Below are positions 33,564 to 43,328 of a DNA stretch of 43,328 bases, piece after piece. Source of the stretch: Callorhinchus milii (lineage: Eukaryota); assembly GCF_018977255.1 (NCBI RefSeq), contig NW_024704751.1:13102673-13146000 (forward strand), read 5' to 3'. The notes under the pieces are model-generated. The model searched no databases, had not been told where the DNA came from, and saw only the letters and a program-made list of their open reading frames with translations. A program made the position numbers and the translations under genes. The number at the start of each line of letters is the position of its first letter. The first letter of the stretch is position 1.

Positions 33564-36500
33564 CTTTGCATTTGAGACGTCGCAGATATGTGAAAAGATT
33601 GCAATTGCATAGATTATGTTGTTGTTGTGGCGGGACGATGACCCACAATGGTAACAACAGCAACAACTTGCAGTTGCAGTGGAGCTCTCGCAGCAAGTTG
33701 TTAGCTCTGCGTCGCTGTTAACACGGGCTGTGCTGGGTGGTGTTTGCGTTGGCGCACCGGCTGTAGCTGTACGAGGCTCCAGTTTGTTTCATGTTGCGGT
33801 GAACCCGTGATCCCGATCCACAAAAACGTGGAATAACATGGGCTTCAGTGTCGCTCCTGCACCTGAGATCCCCAACCAAGTGATGGGTGGTCCAGCGGGA
33901 GGATGGAATGGCTCCATGGGCAGATGGATGGCTCAATGGTATTCAACTCCAAGCTTAGCTCATCCATTGGCTTAGCTACTCTTATCCCATCCCTCCATCT
34001 CCCCCCACCCCCATCACCACCCTGTTTTCAACAGCAAAAGTACAGTCGGTGCAATTTACAATATATCACGTGAAGCGCACAAGTTGCTTTGAAAGCAATA
34101 TTTAAAGTAGTTCCTGGTTGGGGTTTGAGGGTGTGAAGAGTAAATACTTTACAGTACACTAGAATATACAGCACAGAAACAGGCCATTCGGCCCAACTGG
34201 TCTGTGCCGGTGTTTATGCTCCACATGAGCCTCCTCCTGCCCTTCCTCAACTAAACCTTCAAGCATAACCTTCTATTCCTTTCTCCCTCATACAACAACA
34301 ACAACAACTTGGATTTATATAGTGCCCTCCACGCCGGACGGCGTCTCAGAGCGCTTTACAGTTACAGATCCCGGGACCGAGCCAGGGGGTACCTATCTAT
34401 CATGTACCTATCTCGCTTCCGCTTAAATACATCTATGCTATTTGCCTCAACAACTCCTTGGTGGTAGCATGTTCCACATTGGTGACTATTTTATATTGAT
34501 GGCGTCTGGTTTTGATCTCCCCCACAAGTGGAAATATCTTCCCTGTGTCTACCCTATCCAAACCTTTTATCAGGTCACCCCTTACCTTCCTCTTTTCAAG
34601 AGAAAAGAGTCCAAGTATGTTCAGCCTTTCCTGATAAGTATAACCTCTCAGTTCTGGGATCATCCTTGTGAATCTCCTTTGCACCCTCTCCAGGGCCTCT
34701 ACATCCCTTCTATAATATGGGGACCAGAACTACACACAGCATTGTAAGTGTGGTCTAACCAAGGTTCTACAGAAGTTCACAATAACTTCTCCGCTTTTCA
34801 TTTCTGTCCCTCTAGAAATGAACCCCAATGTCAGATTTGCTTTTTTTTTATGGCCTTATTAATCTGCGTTGCTATTTTTAGTGAATTGTGTATGTGTACC
34901 CCTGGATCCCTTTGCTCCTCTACCCCATTTAGGTTTTTGTTTTTCGGAATGTTTGTGACTTGAGCAGTGAAGTTGCCATTGGAAATAAAACATTGCAAAA
35001 ACATCACTTGGTGCTTTAACGTAATGCAGTTGAGTGCAGTTGTTTTTTAAAAAAAACAGGATACGGAGAGAAATTGTTGCTACTTCCTTTGCCTACAGTT
35101 TCAGGAGGTGCAAGAGGCGATGGAGGCTGTGAGCTAGTGGTGTGCGTGTGTGTGTGTGTGCTTGTGGCCAGGGTTTGATGCTGATCCCAGCTATAAACCA
35201 GACTGGGAGAGTCTGGACGCGAGACCCTTACCCATGTGGTGTGATGAGAGCAAGTTGGGCACCCTCCTCCGTTGGGATGTGTACAGTCAGCGCACATTAC
35301 AGTGTGTCACGTGAAGCGCTGTGAGATAGCGTTCTGGCACAAAATCAAACGCAAGGATTTATGGTGACGCGGATCAGTTGAGAAACTTGGAATTTCCCCA
35401 AATTATATAATGTTCCTTTTAACTCTGTGATCACCGTCTGTCTTTGCTGTGCTCTAGGTACGTGGTTCTGACGAGCAAACACCATGAGGGATTCACCAAT
35501 TGGCCATCCCCTGTGTCCTGGAATTGGAACTCAGTTGACACAGGGCCTCATCGAGACCTGGTAGGAGACCTGGCAACTGCAGTACGAAAACGGTTGGTAT
35601 GACCCATTCCTCGTCGGCAGCTACCGTGGCTGTATGTTCTCCCCCAGTAGAGGGCGGTACGTTAAATTTCATGGAAAACTGGCAAGATTTGGGATAAATA
35701 AATGGGTTACCAAAGTGGAGCCAATTCATGATTTATTGAGTACTCCGCATGAAAACTTTGGAATATACCTACTTACTCTTTCAAGAGAAGTGAGCAGGCT
35801 GATCGATCGTTTGGCTTTCAACACGTCCACTTTCATGTCTATTATTTTAATGCAATCGCTGTAATATTGTATTAACATTGACCACGAGCTCTTTGCAACG
35901 TTTGGTCACTGTTTTCAAATGTAATAAACAAGGCCTTTCTTTTTAATGTATTCTTTTGCTGAAACAGGAACATCCATTATGGAGTGTATCATTCGCTGTT
36001 GGAGTGGTTTAACCCACTGTATATGAAGGACAAAAAGAACAATTTCAAGACTCAGGAGTTTGTCATGAGGAAAACTATGCCGGAGCTGTACGAATTGGTC
36101 ATGAGGTAATCCATACAATTGTCGTCTAAACTCTTAAGTTAATAATAATAATTAATTAATCATTACATTTGGTGCAGTGCCTTTCATGTCAAAGCGCTTC
36201 ACAGGCCATACTGTAAAGTCTAGTGACTGTTTTTTTAAAAACTATATAGTTTTACTCAATACTCTGTGAATAAGTGGGAATGTATTTGCTTCCCACAGGT
36301 ACAAACCAGAGATAATCTGGTCAGACGGAGATTGGGAAGCACCAGATTCCTATTGGAATTCCACTGAATTTCTGGCCTGGCTTTACAACTACAGCCCTGT
36401 TAAGGTGTTTAGTAATTCTATTGATGCCTGACTTGCCTGCGAGATGCATTCGGTTCTGTTGCCGTCCGTTTCTGTTCCTGCACTGGCAAAAGTATCTGAT

Positions 36501-39500
36501 GTTCCGCTCTCTCTGTGGCTAGGATACGGTGGTGACCAATGATCGCTGGGGCGTTGGCTGCCGCTGTAAACATGGCGGATTCTTCAACTGTGATGACAAA
36601 TACAGTCCATCCAAACTGCAGAACCACAAGTGGGAAATGTGCACCTCGATCGATAAGAGATCGTGGGGATATCGCAGAAACATGAAGCTGAATGAGATGA
36701 TGGACCTTCCGACCATTCTCAGTGTACGTGTATACTTTCAGCACCTTGGGACCTCCTCCCGACGTAAAAGGCGCTATACAATGTAATGTGTTGTTGTTGT
36801 ATACTTGCTATACAAGTGAAAATTGTATTCCATTGTAATTAACGCAATCCATGACAGTTTGTGGGACGCTGCTGTGCGCAATTGGCTGCTGCGTTTCTCC
36901 CACAAAATATACAGTCAATCCACTTTACAATATATTCTGTGAAGCGCTTTGAGATGTCTCGACGATGTGAAAAGCCGCTGCATCAGACACAAGCATTCTT
37001 ATTTACTATTTAGTATCATGCGATTATTCAGTCGTAATTAATGAGAACAAAGCAAATCTAAATTAATCCATGGCCCGGATTTAACGTGAAAGCTTGTTGC
37101 GGTATGAGTATACATTGGAAAAACATAACATGTCTTTGTTCCTACGCTAAGGATTGAGGCAGTTGATTTACCACAAAATAAGTCTTTAAGATTTGCTCCT
37201 CCTGCCAATTGCCTCCAGTCTGCTTGTACTTTATCTGTACTAGCTTTCTGAACTTCCATGCATTGAATGTTGTGAGACAGTGAATATGCTGGTGGCTGGA
37301 TCCAGGATTAAGTTGTGTTTGTTTCTATTCGTAGAGTTCTCCGCTCCACCATCGGTGGCCGTGCCTTAAGCCACTACGCCCCGAAACTCTGGAACTCTCT
37401 CCCTCAATCCCTCTGCCTTGCCCACTCCCTCCCTCCCTCCCCACCTTCAAATCCCGCCTAAAGACCTTCCTTATTGATCGGGCTCACGATCACCGCACCC
37501 GTCTCTCTCCCCCCACTGGCTCAGTGTCAGACTCCGCCACTGTCAAGCGCTCTGGGACGCTATCCTGCGTGAAGGGCGTTGTGTAAATGCAAGTTGTTGT
37601 TATTCCTGGTCTTGGCTTTATCAAAGTTCTATCATCTTGCAGAGCTTAATGGACACCATCAGTTACGGAGGGAATTTTCTGCTCAACATTGGTCCGACCA
37701 AAGAAGGCACCATCGCTCCTGCATTCCAACAATCACTACATGGTCTAGGACAGTGGTTGCGTGTTAATGGCGAAGCTGTGTACGCGTCGAAACCCTGGCG
37801 AGTGCAGCAGGAGAACTCAACGGATAGAGTGTGGTAAATAACAATAATAATCCTTGCACTTCATACAGAGCCTCATCAAGTCTTTGAGACGCCTCAACAC
37901 GCTTCACAGAATATAGCGTAAAGTGAATTGACTGTAGATTTTGTGGGCGAAACGCAGCAGCCAATTGCACACAGCAGCGTCCCACAAGCCGTCGTGGATC
38001 TGTTTCATGTTAAACATAAATATATAGAGAGTTCTACTTCAGAACACAAGGCATACTCTATCATGCATCATAAACACTTGAACGCTTTGTAGGGATTGGG
38101 GCAGGAAGCACCGAAATTATTCTTAAACTTGTAGCTTCTTGGTCGCTGTTATACATCAGTAAGCTTGGGGTCACTATTCATCTCTGGAGAAAAATTCTTT
38201 GCTATAAATGATGAAATCGAACCGTTCACTAATCTTTTTCTTAGAATAATAAAAAGGATTAACAGGATAGCGAGTTATAGGTAAGCAAGACATACTTCAT
38301 CATCTTGCAGTTCTCATATATCTAAGTGCTGTCTACTTCTGCTTCTTTAGTTGTGTTTCTCTTTGTTTCCAGGTACACCTCTAAAGGGTCAGCAGTCTAC
38401 GCGACGTTTCTAAACTGGCCAGAAACAAATACTCTAACACTTCAATCACCGGAAGTCACATCAACAACCCAAGTAAGTGGATTCTATTTACTTTCTTTAT
38501 CTGCTTTCTCTTTCACTTTCTCACCACTCCTCACCCCCCCCCCCCCACCCCTCTCTCCCCCCCCACACACACAAGATAATAAGGTAATAATCCTTGCATT
38601 TGATATAGCGCCTTATCATTGAGACGTCTCAAAGCTCTTCACAGGATATCCTGTAAAGTGAATTGGCTGTATATTTCAGGGGTGAAATGTGGCATCAAAT
38701 TGCACACAGCAGTGTCTCCCAAACAATAGTGGATTAAGTGTTCTTATTATTATTAAAAAATGTTTTGAAGGAATTATTACCCACCTAAAAGCGATCCGAC
38801 AATCGACTAACAAGCAGGTTCCTACTCGCTTCTGGGTAAACAGAGGCATGTGCGTGGAGTAAGGAAACTTGCCTAAGGTTTCGCCCCGCCCGGAAATCGA
38901 ACCCAGGTACTCTCGCTATTAGGGTAGAAGGTGGCTTGATTGAGCAGTGAGAAACATATGGAATTAAAAACCTTGCGTGGGTCACATGTCTTAGTGGCTT
39001 GTGCGTGGATTGTGAAAAGAACTGGCTCAACGAGCCAATACCCTGTTCTGTTGTGTGTTGTTCTGTGGAGTCCTGTGGCTCAGTGGTTAGAGCACTCGCT
39101 TTGCAAGCGAGAGACCTGAGTTCAATTCCAGGCAGAGGGCGAAACCTTGGGCAAGTTTCCTTACTCCACACAGCGCCTAATAATAATCTCTCCAAAACCA
39201 AAAACAATAATAAATTGGTCATTTTCAATCCACGACTGTTTGTGGGACATTGCTGTGCGCAATTGGCTGCCGCGTTCGCCCACAAATATACAGTCAATTC
39301 ACTTTACAGTGTGTTCTGTGAAGCGCTTTGGGACGTCCTCCTGACATGAAAAGCGCTATATCAAATGCAAGGATTATTATTATTATTATTATCGTTGTTG
39401 TTGTTGTTCAGGTGACGATGCTGGGAGTCTCACAACCTCTGAAATGGAGTCACTCTTCACCTAAAGGCATCTCGATCATGCTCTCCTCCCTTCCCTGGCC

Positions 39501-39552
39501 CACACTTCCTTCACGGCTGGGCTGGACGGTGAAACTGGAAGGCGTTTTCTAA
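32352..39552 (+). CDS. FUCA1: Tissue alpha-L-fucosidase (glycoside hydrolase family 29), about 468 aa
   Basis: Eight GT-AG exons: 32352-32746, 35458-35592, 35968-36105, 36299-36404, 36523-36723, 37643-37833, 38373-38472, 39412-39552; they join into one open frame. Motifs: [57 protein letters not shown] (nucleophile Asp), [31 protein letters not shown] favours FUCA1 over FUCA2. The start codon could be 32352 or 32358. Confidence 0.92.
32754..32797. repeat. (CAT)n microsatellite at the start of FUCA1 intron 1
   Basis: Direct reading. Confidence 0.9.
32830..33155 (+). mobile_element. Full-length tRNA-headed SINE with Deu-domain/L2-type 3' tail (internally deleted variant)
   Basis: Head GAGTCCTGTATCTCAGTGGTTAGAGCACTCGC...GAGTTCAATCCC with Pol III A and B boxes. 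Body TGTTTGTGGGACATTGCTGTGCGCAATCGGCCGCCGCGTT resembles the DeuSINE core as recalled. Tail GTGAAGCGCTTTGGGACG...AAATGCGAGG(ATT)n. Confidence 0.85.
33157..33460 (-). mobile_element. Same SINE family, inverted, GC-shifted copy
   Basis: Reverse complement of the adjacent copy, arranged tail to tail, including the head remnant GGGGATTGAACCCGGGTCTCTCGC...GGACTC. Confidence 0.8.
34160..34962 (-). mobile_element. CR1 LINE 3' portion with a nested short L2-type tail (about 34292-34390)
   Basis: ORF 34433-34684 ([38 protein letters not shown]); 3' UTR GGCCATTCGGCCCAAC. The insert (CAA)nCTTGGATTTATATAGTGCCCTCCACGCCGGACG mirrors 42875-42965. Confidence 0.85.
34965..35290 (+). pseudogene. Decayed duplicate of FUCA1 exon 1 and its upstream sequence, inside FUCA1 intron 1
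   Basis: From ATG 35120 it reads [55 protein letters not shown], collinear with the real exon 1 (MEAVRTW...[42 protein letters not shown]). In-frame TAG at 35135-35137; truncated at its 3' end. Confidence 0.85.
36845..37000 (+). mobile_element. SINE 3' half in FUCA1 intron 5
   Basis: Core and tail consensus. Confidence 0.75.
37340..37602 (+). mobile_element. L2-type LINE 3' end
   Basis: CTCTGGAACTCTCTCCCTC...CCTTCAAATCCCGCCTAAAGACCTTCC...GTCAAGCGCTCTGGGACG...AAATGCAAGTTGTTGTT. Confidence 0.7.
37840..38000 (-). mobile_element. SINE 3' half starting a few nt after the FUCA1 exon 6 donor
   Basis: (AAT)n CCTTGCACTTCATACAGAGCC...GCAGCCAATTGCACACAGCAGCGTCCCAC. Confidence 0.75.
38583..38920 (-). 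mobile_element. SINE, long variant with central segment
   Basis: Reverse-strand tail TCCTTGCATTTGATATAGCGCC, Deu-like core, central GCGATCCGACAATCGACTAACAAGCAGGTTCCTAC and part of the head. Confidence 0.8.
39068..39395 (+). mobile_element. Full-length SINE, very similar to the 32830 copy
   Basis: A box TGGCTCAGTGG, anticodon-like loop TT-TGC-AA (tRNA-Ala-like), B box GAGTTCAATTCC, Deu-like body and (ATT)n tail abutting the FUCA1 exon 8 acceptor. Confidence 0.85.
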
Positions 39553-40460
39553 GCGAGAGAAGCGATTCCTGCAGCGAAACGCTTTGTGGGATCTTCCCTT
39601 TGCCTTTGATAATGTGTTACATCGTTAGAATTGCTACAGCATCACCTGTGGTTGTTGGGTTCTGAACTCTGTGGGATTTGGCTTAATCTGGAACTCTGTA
39701 TTACATTCTTATGACATTATATTACAAGGTATTACATTGATTGAGGGAGGTGATGTTACGATAAACATATTTGGTAGAGGGCCTGAGCTTTTTTTTCTCC
39801 AAAAATGATTGTAAAATTAATTGCTCAATGAAGGAGTATGATTTAAGGATTATGCAACATGTTATGTACTGTGATGTTCCTCACCCCCACCTTAAGACTT
39901 ACCTCATTGACCATATCAATTGACATAAAGGGCTGATCTTATTGTTTATTCACTGGAAATACTTACAGAGATAAAAAATTTGACCATGTGTATTGCTTGC
40001 TGATAATTCTAAATAAATCTAATCTAGTTGAACCGCATTATATAACGCTTCATTATTACATGAAAGACCATGGAATAGGTAGCTGGTGTTTTTAAGTGAG
40101 CCAGCCTTGTTTAATTGTGTGCTTTTTAATAAAAATACAACAATACAAATTTTCCATTTAAAGGAGTAAGATTTCATGAGTAAAAAAAAACTTTTTAAAA
40201 AAATATAGATATTGAAATAAATAGTTTCTTTCTTGCCTGCAAAAAAGACTGTTTAGGTTGGTTGGAATTCTTTCTAGTAATAAAAAAGGACAAGGGTTGC
40301 AAAACAGAGAAAAACTTAGTTACTCTGTTCAAAAAGCCAAATGGTCTCCTTCTGTGCTGTGCAATTCCTTTGTTTCTATGATTCTGGTCACACAAGGTTT
40401 CTTGCTTTGGATTAGATCATAAGATCGCTTTGTGTCCCTGGAGCCAATTCATCCAAACAA

Positions 40461-42701
40461 CTATAGAACATTTGGAAGTAAGAAGGATTTGTTGTAACTA
40501 GCAGTAAGTGGTGAAAAGATTTGTTTGTTTTGATGGCGTTTTTCATGTTCTAATAAGGTTCGATGCTTTGATAATAACGCTTTCACCAGAAATAAAATGA
40601 CTGTAAATTCAATAAGCAGGAGAATAAGTGCAACTATCCACCGATTTCTTGCAACAGGGGATTCTGTTTTCTGTTTTGTTTCAGTTTTTACTTCTGTAAA
40701 ACATAAAGGAAATTAATTTTATTCCATAATTGTGCTTTCAGTGCTGAATTTCAATTTTTAGTTTCACATAATAGAATTTTAAAAAAAACATTGGCTATAA
40801 TAACTTGAACCTAATTGCGAGATTCCACATTAAATACAGTAAAACTCATATAAGTCTTTATAAATCGTATGATAACCTAAGAAGTACAAACCTCATTCAA
40901 TTTCCAGTAAAAAACACTTAGATTTCTTTGTACTAATACTAATTGTATTAATCATCCTCTTATCTTGGCCTCCCTAAGCCTCTAGTACTCTCGCAATTAC
41001 CAGCTGCATTGAATTGGGGGAAATGTAATCTTGACTTGTTAAAAAAAACTTTATTTCAATGTGATTCTAAACTTAGAAACAGAAACCCCACCATGTGCCT
41101 AAATAGCCCCAGAAATCAGATCCAACTAGCTAATTGTGGTAATGAAAATAATATTATTTAAATTTGAACATCTGTTGACAATAATGGTGAAACAATAGAT
41201 ATTTTATATACCAGCTTTCATGAAACATGCTATATAAATGTAAATTTTTTTAAAAAAAAAGAGGCTGTTGTGAAATAGGCGAGAGAGGGTAGAAGGTGAA
41301 AGGAATTTTGTGAGAGAGTTCCAGAGACCGGGGGCAGAAGTAGGAGAAGAGGGATGGGAAAGGATTGCAAAGATGGCCAAAATTGTGCAGTGATGTGAAA
41401 GCGAGGATGAGATTCTTAAAGTTGTTCCCCTCTGGTACTCGGAGCCAGTGGAAGATAGGATGAGGTTATAATAAAATAATAATAATCATCCTTGCATTTG
41501 ATATAGCATTCATGTCGTCGAGACTTCCCAAAGCGCTTCACAGAATACACTGTAAAGTGTACTGACTGTATGTTTTGTGGGCCAAATGTGTACGCAGAGC
41601 GACAACAGAGTAGAGGAGAATTTGCAGCCGTGCATTGGGAGGTGGAGGGATTCACGTATTGCAGAGTACAGGTAAACTAACTCACCTGAAGCAAAAACAA
41701 ATATCCTGGAAAGAGATTGCTCCAAGGCATCATTTCTTATTCTGAATGTGAAGTTCAAAGAGTCTGCACTGCTTTCACCAATTTCCAATGTGCTATGCAC
41801 TGAGTATAGGCCGTCTGCATTTTTTTCGAAGAAAGTATTCGCTTGGAAAGAAATATCCTTGTGTTGTTCATCGAACCAGGAAACAACAGCTTGAGGGAAG
41901 CCTTGGGATTCGAATCGGAAAAGTGTTGCATTTGTTCCTAATTCGATTACTAAAACGGGTTCCTTGTAGTATGCTGAGGAATAGAAGAACTGACTTTAGA
42001 TACAAGCAGTGATAGTGAACTTGGAAATATTCTCATGACAAATGTTATACTTATAATGCATTATACAAAGCCCTCCATGGCCTCGCCCCATCCTACCTCT
42101 GCGAATTCTTAACCCCCTACCAACCCGCCCACTCCCTCCGCTTATCCTCAAAAGGTGTTATTATTATTAAATCCTCAAAAGCAGGGACCCTTATAAAAGC
42201 CAGTGGGTATGAGAACATTTACAGATTTTACTTTACTGATAGTTGCACATTGAAGACACTTAATTCCCAGCCCCAAACCAAACGACATTGTATTGATATA
42301 ATGTCCGTCGTGCAGAAGTAATGTCTCAGAGAGCTTGAAGAAGCATGTACCTGCGAATTTTACAGAGATTATTCCATTGGCGTCTGCCTGTTTAGTGCTG
42401 ACGAAACACATGTACTTTCCGCTGTCCTCTGGTCTCACTCCTTCGAGTTTCAATGAAGCATTTCCCCGTTTAATCTCCTCCGGGAAGATACTGGCGCGCC
42501 CCGTGTACCGATGACTCTGTTTACTGAGCTGCTCTTTGTTGTAGTAATAACTATGAACCACCTCATTTGTGTCATCCCGTTGCCAGGTGATAACGATGCC
42601 CTCTGTAGACATTGCACTGGGAGTAAAACTGCATTGCAGGACTGCGTAATGGCCGTGGATAACAGTTACTGGTTCTCTTGGGACGTGGACTTCAAATCCA
42701 G
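40461..42701 (-). CDS. B7/butyrophilin-family Ig superfamily membrane protein (IgV-IgC-TM-short tail; CD276/HHLA2/VTCN1-like), 5'-partial
   Basis: Phase-1 exons on the minus strand: 42701-42351 IgV (AVLQCSF...ITWQR...VVHSYY...RYTGRASIFPEEIKRGNASLKLEGVRPEDSGKYMCFV), 41973-41686 IgC-like (AYYKEPVL...ESQGFPQAVVSW...ADGLYSVHSTLEI...NFTFRIRNDALEQ) and 40693-40461 stalk, TM and tail (EVKTETKQKTESPVARNRWIVALILLLIEFTVILFLVKALLSKHR...LLPNVL*). No signal-peptide exon was identified; it probably lies beyond the window. Confidence 0.85.
41475..41595 (-). mobile_element. SINE 3' fragment
   Basis: CCTTGCATTTGATATAGC...AAGCGCTTCACAGAATACACTGTAAAGTG. Confidence 0.7.
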
Positions 42702-42874
42702 CTGTGGACACATTACATTGATGATCTGTGTCAGTACATGGTATTAGTCAGTAAAGCACATGTCCCTTCGTTGGGTATTTCAATTTGAAACGCACATGGG
42801 AGGGGAAGGGAGGGGAATGGGGGGGCAGTGGGTGGTCACCTTCCCCAACCCCCCCTGGCTCTTCCCCCTCCCCC

Positions 42875-42968
42875 CAGCTCGGTCCCGGGATCCGTTACTG
42901 TAAAGCGCTCTGAGACACCGTCCAGCGTGGAGGGCGCTATATACATCCAAGTTGTTGTTGTTTGTTGT
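42875..42968 (+). mobile_element. Short L2-type tail element
   Basis: GCTCGGTCCCGGGATC...GTAAAGCGCTCTGAGAC...GGAGGGCGCTATATACATCCAAG(TTG)n. Confidence 0.6.
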
Positions 42969-43328
42969 TGAAGTGATTGACAAATTTTAGTTCAGGGAAA
43001 TGGTAGTTGACCAGGACACCAGGGGAAACTCCCTTCTCTTTTCGAATAGACCTTGATACCTTTAATTGAAATTAAATTACTTTAAACCATGGTTTTCCCC
43101 CTCCTCCATGGTTTCCCCCCTCAGGTTCTTAAAAGAAACCCACACCCAGGAAATTTTCAATAACAAGTGCTGTTTCACAAGAATTATTTTTGATGTAAGC
43201 ACATGCCAGGTAAATATCATTGAAAAGTTTAGGGTAATTTGTTAGGAGTTTTCCATCAATAACATACAGTAAGTCATCACTTCAACAACAAAATTTGCCT
43301 TTATATAGCTCAGTTCATGAGGGCTCGC

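Noticed and set aside
39068-39140. tRNA-Ala-like sequence (also at 32830, 20418 and 4840-4895)
   Set aside because: These are SINE heads continuing into the SINE body; no proper acceptor stem or oligo-T terminator.
42702-43328. Signal-peptide exon of the B7-like gene
   Set aside because: No convincing ATG-hydrophobic-phase-1 donor exon found on the minus strand within the window.

Overview
Eukaryotic, spliced-gene DNA from a jawed vertebrate. The repeat content (a dense tRNA-headed SINE with a Deu-domain/L2-type tail, CR1, L2 and Penelope-like fragments) points to a cartilaginous fish, probably a chimaera; that assignment is inference. Five protein-coding genes could be rebuilt by hand with GT-AG introns and consistent phases: HEYL (minus, 5 exons), tandem ZBTB8B and ZBTB8A (plus, 3 coding exons each, each behind a CpG island), FUCA1 (plus, 8 exons) and a 5'-partial B7/butyrophilin-like V-C-TM Ig gene (minus). 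About 30 SINE copies, several LINE 3' ends, G-rich minisatellites and a 147-N gap fill the rest. The most unusual observations are: (1) the conserved TEIGAF C-terminus of HEYL is out of frame with its Orange domain; (2) the B7-like C domain has Phe at both canonical Cys positions and there is a Glu in the transmembrane helix; (3) FUCA1 intron 1 holds a decayed duplicate of exon 1 and its upstream sequence; (4) FUCA1 has a microsatellite-encoded Trp-rich leader; (5) SINE copies near CpG islands are shifted from AT to GC. I found no convincing wholly new multi-gene system. All homology calls are from recalled family motifs, not from database searches.
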